DNA of 55,669 nt from Pseudomonadota bacterium. GTDB taxonomy: Archaea > Thermoplasmatota > SW-10-69-26 > JACQPN01 > JAJPHT01. Position 1 is the stretch's first letter; every line of letters begins with the position of its first letter. Made by a program: the position numbers and the translations under genes. Of this stretch, positions 1 through 8,200 are shown piece by piece. Where the stretch lies: contig JAJPHT010000028.1 of assembly GCA_021325135.1 (NCBI GenBank), positions 1 through 55,669 on the forward strand. Reading direction: 5' to 3'. The notes under the pieces are model-generated. The model did no database searches, was not told the origin of the DNA, and saw nothing but the letters and a program-made list of their open reading frames with translations.

Positions 1-2
1 AC

Positions 3-101
3 GACGGCTACTGGCTCTTCCTGAACACCCAGGTCAGCGAGGACGGCGGCGTGGTCACGGCCCAGACGGCCACGACCGGCACCCTCGCGGCGGACTCCTA
101 A
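3..101 (+). CDS. 3' end of a CDS entering from the left edge (…DGYWLFLNTQVSEDGGVVTAQTATTGTLAADS*)
   Basis: Open frame with GC3-biased codons ending at TAA 99-101; truncated by the window edge. Confidence 0.55.
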   Translation, partial: DGYWLFLNTQVSEDGGVVTAQTATTGTLAADS

Positions 102-465
102 GTCCGTCCCCGGATCGATGAGCCGCCCCTCGGGGCGGCGAGATCCTCGTTTCTTCCTTTCACTTGTTTTCCTCGGCGGGTGCTGCGCTTCGCGCGACCC
201 GGCCTTGAGCCCAACGACTCTTCTTCCCCTGAGCGTGCCGTCGCGCGGAAGGGGCCATCCAACACCTCTCCAGGGGCGAAGCTGCCCGCGGCGCTACCGC
301 TGGCCATGCAAGCGCGCCCACAGAATCCCGCGGCTCCATCGGAGGTCTTGGAGCTGAGTTGCGGAGGTACGGAGGCTAGGCGTGGCGACCGCGGGGCGAT
401 GGGCGCGGTTGATCCATCCTGTGTCATGGCTATGCCATTGTTGGAGGAAAAGTCGCAAGAGGGCC

Positions 466-783
466 TCAGTGCGCGCGCAGGTCACCGTTGTAGCCGCGGA
501 CGTTGCCCCGGCGGCGGTGGTAGCTCAGCAGCGTGTGGACGCGGGCCAGCGGCAGCCGCGTCTGGCGCTGGATCGCCCGGGCGTCGCGCGCCCCGCCGCG
601 GATGGCCGCCAGGACCTGGCTCGTCTGGGAGGGCCCCTTCCGACGCGCGGCAGTGGCCTCGTCCTGGCGGGGGTGGCGATCCGCATGCTCGTGGGCGCTG
701 GCCCGGCTCGCGAAGAGCTGGTAGCACGTCGTGCAGACGAACGCGGTGACCTTCCGGACGGGGCGCATGGTCGAGACTCCCAT
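466..783 (-). CDS. C2H2 zinc finger plus winged-helix small DNA-binding protein
   Basis: CTTC-YQLF-x8-H-ADR-H matches C-x2-C-x12-H-x3-H; C-terminal QVLAAIRGG…RAIQRQTRLPLARVHTLLSYHRRRGNV is wHTH-like. Confidence 0.7.
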   Translation of the reverse strand: MGVSTMRPVRKVTAFVCTTCYQLFASRASAHEHADRHPRQDEATAARRKGPSQTSQVLAAIRGGARDARAIQRQTRLPLARVHTLLSYHRRRGNVRGYNGDLRAH

Positions 784-794
784 TCGGGGAGTAT

Positions 795-812
795 TAGATG
801 ATTCTTGTGAAA
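795..812. promoter_or_regulatory. 18-bp candidate operator TAGATGATTCTTGTGAAA (copy 1)
   Basis: Identical to 2456-2473; lies 12-29 bp upstream of the 466-783 start. Confidence 0.6.
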
Positions 813-879
813 TTCAGTCTGGGCATGGCGCGTCCGCTGGACGAGAGGGTTTTGCTCTTGGAGAAGGAGCCGCTCTGGC

Positions 880-2367
880 TCAGTTCGCGCCCTTGCGGAG
901 TGCGTCGCGCACGAGGCGCTGGATGGGGGGCGAGGCGCGGAGGCGGTCGAACGTGTCGTCCAGCTCCACCTCCATGGCGAGGGTGGGGGTGCGGCTCAGG
1001 GCGCGGCCCAGGAACTCCGCCACGCGGGCGGCCTCGGCGCCCGTGGACGCGAGGAGCGTGGCCGCGACGAGGTCGGCCTCGCCGTCCTCGCTGAGGCGCG
1101 AGGCCTCGCGGTAGCAGGAGAGGGCCGCGTCGATCTCGCCCATGGCGGCGAGGCAGTCGGCCTCGTCGAGGCAGAGACGGCTGCTGGTGGGCGCGAGGTC
1201 GCGGGCGCGGCGGATCCAGTCCAGGGCCTCGGCAGGGCGGTTGGACTCCATGGCGAAGTCCGCGAGCTGGCGCAGCGCCTCCACGGAGAGCGTGGGGTCG
1301 GCCTCCACGTGGCGCCGGCGCGAGAGCGCGACGACCGCGCCCACGGCGAGGCCCACGGTGACGAGGGAGACGGGGAGCCACCACGAGGGGATGCTGCCCG
1401 GGAGGAGCTTGGACTGCCCCTGCACGTGGGGCGCGAGGTTGGTGTGGGCCAGCGTGCCCTGGACGTCGAAGGAGGAGGCCACGCCCTGGAGCGTCTCCTG
1501 GGGGTGGAGGGTGCCGCTGAGGGTCCCCTCGAGGTAGGCCTCCGTGCCCTGGGCGTCGTAGGTCCCCGAGCCGGTGGTCAGGGTCCCCGAGGCGTCGGGG
1601 AGCGTGACGCCGCCGACCCAGGAGAGGCGCGCGAGCCGGCCCGCCGCCTCCAGGGGGCCGCGGGTCTTCAGGGTCATCTCGCCGGCGTCGAAGACGATGG
1701 TGAGCCAGGTCTCCCGGACGCCACGGACGGGGGCGCTGGAGGAGAGGTGGCGACCCGTGTTCCAGGTGGTCGTGTTCTCAAGGGCCGTCAGGGTCACGGA
1801 GGGGCCGTCGAGCTTGATGGCGCCGGCGCCACGGAACTCGGCGGCGCCTTCTCCGTTGACCACGATGGCGGAGCCGTTCTGGCAGCAGCTGTAGGTGGGC
1901 GTCCAGGGGTTCACCTGGTCCTCGGGGATGGGGGAGCCCATGCGGGCGTTGTCCACGGCGCCGATGGTGGCCGGGCCTTCAAGCCCGAGGTCCAGGGAGC
2001 CTTCGGTGGGATAGAGGCCGGCCTGTCCCGCGACGGAGCCGGCGACCAGCGTGACGGTCAGGTTGGTGAGGTCGTACGAGGACTCGGGGGCGTTGAAGGC
2101 GTTGCAGTAGTTCAGCACGGGGGTGGAGATCTCGGTGCAGGAGCTGTCGCGCCGGAAGACGTGCGCGTGCGCCGCCTTGAGCTGGAAGGCCGTGAGCTGC
2201 TCGGTGTGGTCCGCGAGCAGGCCCATGGGGGTCATCTCGACGACGCCACCCGAGTCCAGGGTCGCGACGCCGTTGAAGGTGAAGCTGCCCTGGTCCAGGG
2301 CGAGGGCCCCAGGCGTCGCTAGGAGCGCGACTGCGAGTGCGACGGCAAGCCGCCATCCCCAAGGCAC
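880..2367 (-). CDS. Single-pass membrane protein: signal peptide, beta-rich ectodomain, TM, cytoplasmic TPR (receptor-like; paralog A)
   Basis: N-terminal hydrophobic signal; TM WWLPVSLVTVGLAVGAVVALS followed by RRR; TPR-like helices (AEALDWIRRARDLAP, AALSCYREASRLS); DDTFDRLRASP end motif; homologous to 24948-26486. Confidence 0.8.
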   Translation of the reverse strand: MPWGWRLAVALAVALLATPGALALDQGSFTFNGVATLDSGGVVEMTPMGLLADHTEQLTAFQLKAAHAHVFRRDSSCTEISTPVLNYCNAFNAPESSYDLTNLTVTLVAGSVAGQAGLYPTEGSLDLGLEGPATIGAVDNARMGSPIPEDQVNPWTPTYSCCQNGSAIVVNGEGAAEFRGAGAIKLDGPSVTLTALENTTTWNTGRHLSSSAPVRGVRETWLTIVFDAGEMTLKTRGPLEAAGRLARLSWVGGVTLPDASGTLTTGSGTYDAQGTEAYLEGTLSGTLHPQETLQGVASSFDVQGTLAHTNLAPHVQGQSKLLPGSIPSWWLPVSLVTVGLAVGAVVALSRRRHVEADPTLSVEALRQLADFAMESNRPAEALDWIRRARDLAPTSSRLCLDEADCLAAMGEIDAALSCYREASRLSEDGEADLVAATLLASTGAEAARVAEFLGRALSRTPTLAMEVELDDTFDRLRASPPIQRLVRDALRKGAN

Positions 2368-2455
2368 GCGTGCGGGAAGTCGCCGGCGGCTCTTGTGCTT
2401 TGCCTCACAAACGCGGTGAACACAGCCCGGAATCCAGATCCGAACACGGTAAAAC

Positions 2456-2473
2456 TAGATGATTCTTGTGAAA
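2456..2473. promoter_or_regulatory. 18-bp candidate operator TAGATGATTCTTGTGAAA (copy 2)
   Basis: Exact copy of 795-812, in a divergent intergenic region. Confidence 0.6.
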
Positions 2474-2533
2474 AACCGTGCAGGGGTGCGTCATGGTTAT
2501 GGTCGGCGAGGAAATGCAGCCGGGAGGCTTCCC

Positions 2534-2947
2534 ATGCGACAGATGATCCTGCTACTCGCGATCACCGCGATCGCGCCCGTGATGAGCGCAAGCTCTCCCC
2601 CGCCGCCGCCCATGAGCGTCGCGGCCATCGTGGTCGACCCCGCTGCCACGATCGTCTCGTGGCTCCCCCCGCCGACGACCAACGTCGCCCTGACCTACCA
2701 CGTCTATGGCGTCACCACGAGCGGCCCCGTCCTCCTCGCGTCCACCGACGGCACGGCTGCGGTCGTGTCCAGCGGGTACGAGGTGTACGAGGTCCGGGCC
2801 CTCATGGATGGCCAGGAGAGCTCGCCCGCCTCCACGGGCGAGGCCTGCCTCGAGACGACGCTGACCCCCCCACCCCCCAACGCGTGGCTGAACCCGGCCT
2901 GCAGCCCGGACGCGGTCTACCTTCACGTCATGGTGCCCCACCCGTGA
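2534..2947 (+). CDS. Small secreted FN3-like protein with C-terminal Cys-PPP-Cys loop (paralog A)
   Basis: GGGAGG before ATG 2534; signal peptide; VSWLPP…YHVYG…YEVRA…ES FN3-like pattern; homologous to 24296-24745. Confidence 0.75.
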   Translation: MRQMILLLAITAIAPVMSASSPPPPPMSVAAIVVDPAATIVSWLPPPTTNVALTYHVYGVTTSGPVLLASTDGTAAVVSSGYEVYEVRALMDGQESSPASTGEACLETTLTPPPPNAWLNPACSPDAVYLHVMVPHP

Positions 2948-3014
2948 GTGCTCTCGGCTGCGGGGTGGAAATGGTTAAGTTTGGCTTGACCAAACCGGGC
3001 GTGGAGGCTGAGCC

Positions 3015-3584
3015 ATGCCCTTAGGAGGACTCGCCGCCGTGGCGATGGATCAGCTTGCGCGCATCGGCCTCACCATGCCGATGATGGGCAGGCACGGCGC
3101 GGGGCGAAGCGAGGCCCGCGTCCTCGAGTCGGCGCTGCGCCGCCAGATCGTCGATATCATCCGCCAGGAGCCCGGCATCGCCATCGGTGGCCTGCTGGAG
3201 AAGCTCCCGGTGGGCTGGGGGACGGTCTACCACCACCTCTCCAAGCTGGAGCGCGGCGGCATCGTCCGCTGCGTGACCTCGGGGCGCCGCCGTCTTCTCT
3301 ACCTCGTGGAGCAGGGCGCCGCCGGGCAGGACCCGCACCAGCGCTCGCTCCTGGGCGGCCACACCGCCCGCACCATCGCGACCATCGTCGCGGAGGGGCA
3401 AGGGATGAGCATCGAGGCCATCGTGGAGCGCAGCCACGAGACGCCGCGCGTCGTCTACTACCACCTCAAGCGCCTCATCGAGGCGGGCCTCATCCAGTCG
3501 GAGTCCGCCACGCGATATCGCGGCCTCGTGGCCAGCGACCGCCTCCGCGAGCTTCTCGCCGAAGCGCGGCAGCGGGCTGCTTAG
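3015..3584 (+). CDS. Tandem winged-helix (ArsR-like) transcriptional regulator
   Basis: Two wHTH units: RRQIVDIIRQEPG…WGTVYHHLSKLERGG and RVVYYHLKRLIEAGLI; start may be 3045. Confidence 0.85.
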   Translation: MPLGGLAAVAMDQLARIGLTMPMMGRHGAGRSEARVLESALRRQIVDIIRQEPGIAIGGLLEKLPVGWGTVYHHLSKLERGGIVRCVTSGRRRLLYLVEQGAAGQDPHQRSLLGGHTARTIATIVAEGQGMSIEAIVERSHETPRVVYYHLKRLIEAGLIQSESATRYRGLVASDRLRELLAEARQRAA

Positions 3585-3590
3585 GGCGGC

Positions 3591-3648
3591 AGGGATTTGG
3601 GGGCAAGGCCTCCAGACGTTTTTCGTCGGCGAGCCCCTGAAACCCCTG
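3591..3648. repeat. REP-like palindromic intergenic element
   Basis: Between convergent genes; CCCCTGAAACCCC (3634-3646) is the reverse complement of GGGGTTTCAGGGG at 24229-24241. Confidence 0.45.
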
Positions 3649-3651
3649 GTT

Positions 3652-5157
3652 CTATCGTCTCCGGCGCAGCGCCAACGCCACGAGCACGGCGCCCAGCGCG
3701 GGCACCAGCGCGACGCCGGGCGCGTTCTTGGTGTGCACGGTGAGCACCCACTCGCGGCCGTCGGGGTAGAAGTCCTTCATCGTGCCGGTGTCGGGGCCGT
3801 CCTGGGCCTCGATGCGGTACGTGACGTTGGTCGCGTGGCCCGAGCCGTCGATGCGCTGGAACTCCAGCGGCAGGCGGAAGGCGGCCAGCGAGACGTTGGT
3901 CTGCTGGAAGGCAATGGTGCCGTTGGACGTGTAGTAGGCGGTGAAGTTCTCGCCGGTGAGGTTCACGCCGCGGCTGTCCCGCACGCGGAAGACCGAGGTC
4001 TTGAGGAGCTGGAAGTTCCCCATGGCGCCCGCGTTGGCGGGGAGCACGGGCAGCGTGTCGTTGCGCGGGAGGTCCGTGATGGCCGCGCCGAAGCCCGTGA
4101 CGCCGGTGAAGGTGACGTTGGTGAGGTTGAACCCCGCGCTGGCGACGCGCAGCGCGTTGCCCGCGATGGGGCCGAGCGCGCCGTCGGCGAGGGTGAGGTT
4201 CTTGCCGCCAACAGAGAGGACGGCGGAGTCGACGGGGCTCTCCGTCCGGATGGAGAAGTGCTTGAGGTGAAGCTCCGGCGTGCCCTGGTTGCCCACCTGC
4301 GCGGGCTCCAGGTCCACGGCGTGGCTCGTGAAGTTCGTGCAGGTGAAGCCGTCGAAGTCGAGGATGTCGCCCGCGATGGCCAGGAAGCAGGTGGCGCTGT
4401 CGCGCACGTTGACGTCCCGGATGTGCAGGATGCTCCCGCGCACGGTGAGCGCGGTGCCGGCGCCCTCGAAGGAGAGGTTCTGCATGCGGACGGGGACGCT
4501 GGGCACGGTGACGAAGAGCGTGCCGCCCGCGCCGTGGAAGTCGACGTTGGTGAAGTTGCCCGTGGCGCGGCTGACGAGCGCGGCCACGCCGGAGGTGGAG
4601 TTGAACGTCGCGTGGTCCGCGTTGAGGGTCCCCCCCTCGCCCGCGAGGAAGCCCGCGGAGTAGTTGGTGACGATGACGTGGCTGAGCGTGCCCGTGCCGT
4701 CCAGGAGGGTGAAGCCGCCCTGGAAGAAGATCGTCTGCCCCGACTTCCCGGTCTGCCCCCGCAGGCCGTCCAGGACGACGGGATCGCTCTCTGTGCCCAC
4801 GAAGGAGAAGTCGCCCTCGACGCGGGCGCCCCAGCCCGGGCCGTCGCCGCCCACGAAGCGCGCCGCGCGGCCGGGGAGGCTCTCGACGATGAGCTTGCTC
4901 CCCGCCTCGACGTTGACGCTGGCGTTCATCAGGGTCACCGTGATGCCGCGGATTGTTAGCGTGGCGTTGTCGGTGACGTTGAGCACGCCGTCCTTCACGA
5001 CCTGGTCCTGGCCGTCCCAGACGGTGTCGTGGTCGATGGTCGTCTCCTGGGGCCCCGCCTGGGCGTGGGCACCTGGGATCAGGAGGCTCACGACGAGGAA
5101 TGCGAGGAGAACGCGGGGGGCGCGCATGAGGGCCGGCGCACCCCGTTGGGGCCCCAT
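3652..5157 (-). CDS. Cell-surface right-handed beta-helix (pectin-lyase-like) protein with PGF-CTERM-like anchor
   Basis: Signal peptide; beta-helix-like repeats; many N-x-S/T sequons; C-terminus APGVALVPALGAVLVALALRRRR; start may be 5127. Confidence 0.75.
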   Translation of the reverse strand: MGPQRGAPALMRAPRVLLAFLVVSLLIPGAHAQAGPQETTIDHDTVWDGQDQVVKDGVLNVTDNATLTIRGITVTLMNASVNVEAGSKLIVESLPGRAARFVGGDGPGWGARVEGDFSFVGTESDPVVLDGLRGQTGKSGQTIFFQGGFTLLDGTGTLSHVIVTNYSAGFLAGEGGTLNADHATFNSTSGVAALVSRATGNFTNVDFHGAGGTLFVTVPSVPVRMQNLSFEGAGTALTVRGSILHIRDVNVRDSATCFLAIAGDILDFDGFTCTNFTSHAVDLEPAQVGNQGTPELHLKHFSIRTESPVDSAVLSVGGKNLTLADGALGPIAGNALRVASAGFNLTNVTFTGVTGFGAAITDLPRNDTLPVLPANAGAMGNFQLLKTSVFRVRDSRGVNLTGENFTAYYTSNGTIAFQQTNVSLAAFRLPLEFQRIDGSGHATNVTYRIEAQDGPDTGTMKDFYPDGREWVLTVHTKNAPGVALVPALGAVLVALALRRRR

Positions 5158-5165
5158 GACCTTGT

Positions 5166-5183
5166 TGGAGAATTGTTGTGAAT
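5166..5183. promoter_or_regulatory. Candidate operator variant TGGAGAATTGTTGTGAAT (copy 3)
   Basis: Matches the 18-bp motif; divergent region, 9-26 bp upstream of ATG 5157. Confidence 0.5.
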
Positions 5184-5244
5184 TTCCGCGTCCCCGCGCC
5201 GGGTGCGACCAAACGTATTTCACCCGGGGTCTTCACTCCGCCTC

Positions 5245-8200
5245 GTGAGCGGGAAGGAGCCTCGCGGACGCCGCGGGCGCGCCGCACGTTGGCGTCCCCA
5301 GCACGTGCGCTGGGCCTCCCTCGCCCTGGCCGCCCTGGCGGTCTGCCTCCTTCTCGGAAGCGCCCTCCTTCTCCACCTCCAGCAGCCGACCCTGCCGGCG
5401 GCCGCCTCGCAGGTGTCGGCCCCCGACCTCGACCACGACGGCATCCCCGACGCGGTGGAGAACGCCATCCTCGGCACGGACCCCCACGCGCGCACCACCG
5501 TGGGCGCGCTCCCGGGCGCCTGGGTCGCGGACCACGCCCTGGACATCACGGACCCGAACCTTCCCAACGAGACGGCGCCCTACCCGCGCCCCCCGGACAG
5601 CCCCGCCGTCTACGGCCCCGCCGGCCTGCCCGCGGAGTACCGCATGACGCTGGCGCAGGTCTACGCCTACGGGCGCCCCGCGACGTGGGACGAGACCAAG
5701 GACGGCCTCTGGGGTTCCGGCCTCGACCCCAAGCGGTGGGACGTGAACGGCACCGGCGTCCCGTACTCCTGGCTCATCCACTTCGGCCTCGACCCCAAGG
5801 ACGCCACGCTCCTGGACAAGGTCCCCAGCGCGCCCGGCGTCCACTGGACGCCCCGCGAGGCGTACCAGCGCGGCCTCTCCCCCGTCTCGGCCGACGGCGA
5901 CGCGGACGGCCTGCTGGACGAGGCGGAGCTCCAGCGCGGCACGAGCCCGCGCCTCTACTCCACCACGGGGAGCGGCATCGCCGACGGCTGGCTCGTCCTC
6001 CACGGCTTCGATCCGCTGGACCCCGCGGTGCCCTACCAGGACACCGACCACGACGGGCTCACCAACCTGGAGGAGTTCCAGGCCTCCATGCGCCTCGACG
6101 CCAAGGGCACGCTGGAAGGCAAGGGGCTTGACCCGCGCTCGCAGAGCACGGGCGGCAGCGGCATCCCCGACGGGTGGCTCGTGAAGCACGGCCTCAACCC
6201 CCTGGAGCCCGGCGTGGGCGCGCGCGTCACCGAGGCGGAGACGCTCAAGCGCGCCAACGGCACGCAGGAGCACGTGGAGTTGACCGTCAAGGACGAGTAC
6301 GCCGTGAACCGCCCTCCCAGCTGGAACGAGTCGGTGAACGGCCCCTGGTGGGGCGGCACCGACCCCACCAAGAGCGACACCGACGGCGACGGCCTCACCG
6401 ACCTGGAGGAGATCCTCGGCTTTGACATCCGGGTGGGCCAGGCCACCAAGCACGTCGTCTCCGACCCCACCAAGGGCGACACCGACGGCGACGGCCTGCC
6501 CGCCCCCGCCGAGGTCAACGGCCGCTTCCGCAACGTCACCTTCTCGCCCACCGACCCCTCCTCGCCCGACACCGACGGCGACGGCCTCACCGACGGGCAG
6601 GAGCTTGGCATCGAGCCCTACCAGGGCGTGACGCTCCCCGTCCTCAACCCCAACGAGCCCGACTCGGACCACGACGGCGTGCGCGACGGCGAGGAGGCCG
6701 GCTACTGGATCCACCGATATCAGGACGCCAAGGCGGCGCCCACCGCGCCGTATCCCGGCGGCCCGCCCGACGCGAAGACCACGCTGCGCGACGTGTTCGC
6801 GAAGCCCGGCGAGGGCGACTCCGTGTGGATCGCGCGCTTCATGCCCGGCGGCGACCTGGACGGCGACGGCATCCCCAACCTGCTGGACCCCGACTCCGAC
6901 GGCGACGGCCTGCTGGACGGCTGGGAGGTCCACCCCGAGCAGTACCGCTCCACGCAGTTCGCGTCCGACCAGCCGCGCTCGGCCAGCGACCCCGCCAACG
7001 CGGACACGGACCGCGACGGCCTGCCTGACGGCTGGGAGGTCCAGTACGGCGCGTTCGACTCCTCGCTCCACGGCTGGAACCTCGACCCTGCCAAGTGGTC
7101 CTCCTTCGGCGATGGCGCCTCCGACGCGGACAAGGACCTCGACGGCGACAGCATCACGTGGTACTCCTACGCGCAGACCCCCACGGGCATGAAGGGCACG
7201 GCGCACCAGTTCGTGGCCTCGAACCTCGTGGAGTACAAGGCGGGCTCCGACCCCAACCGCCGCTCCAGCAGCCCCGACGGCATCCCCGACGGCTGGAAGA
7301 TCTTCTGGGGCAGCGCGTACATCGGCCTCTCCCGCGAGGACCGCGGCGTCGTCTACCCCGGCGCTCCTGGCGACTTCTCGCTCCCCTCCGGCGTCGCGCC
7401 CCCGCGCATCGGCGCCGACGACCGCCGCCCCGGCGACACGCTCACCTACCGGCGATATCAGCCCGCCAACGCCACCGACCGCCTCCCATGGGAGACCGTC
7501 GTGGACACGCAGCCCGCGTTCAAGGACGACGCGGGCAACCCCGCGGGCTATCGCCTCCTCGCCGGCACCGTCACGAAGGACTACGCGGGCTCCGCCGAGA
7601 ACGGCACGAACCCCTACGTCCCCGACACCGACGGCGACGGCATGCCCGACCTGTGGGAAGGCGTGTGGGCGCGCCTCTCGCTGGCCAAGGACCACGTCAG
7701 CCCGGTCGTCCCCGACGCCAGCGGCGACCCGGACCACGACACGGTGAAGAACCTCGACGAGTACCGCGCCGGCACCGACCCGTACCGCGCGGACTCCGAC
7801 TTCGGCGGCGCCACCGACGACGTGGAGATCACGCTCCATCTCAACCCCATGCTGCCCGGCGACGACGCCAAGGCGCTGGACTCCAAGACCGACACCGACG
7901 GCGACGGCATCCCCGACGTGCTGGAGCGCCTGGGCCAGGTGGGCGCCGACGGCCACCGCATCGTCACGGACCCCAACGACATGGACACGGACCACGACGG
8001 CCTGCTGGACGGCAAGGCGTGGTCGCAGGTCCACGGCCGCGTCCTGCGCCTCGCCAACGCCGCCGACAACGCCACCGCCAAGGCCCTCGCGGCCCGCGGC
8101 CTCACCGTGATCGTGGCGGGCGACGGCACCGCGGACGTGCCCGGCGAGGAGTCGGTGGGCTCGGACCCCACGCAGTGGTCCACCTCTGGGACCGGCATCC

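Noticed and set aside
102-465. Short ORFs in the first intergenic region (98-427 minus, 118-357 plus)
   Set aside because: No codon bias or motif support; cannot choose among them
795-2473. Transposon bounded by an 18-bp target-site duplication
   Set aside because: No transposase or terminal inverted repeats, and variant copies occur at other promoters, which favours a regulatory motif; not fully excluded
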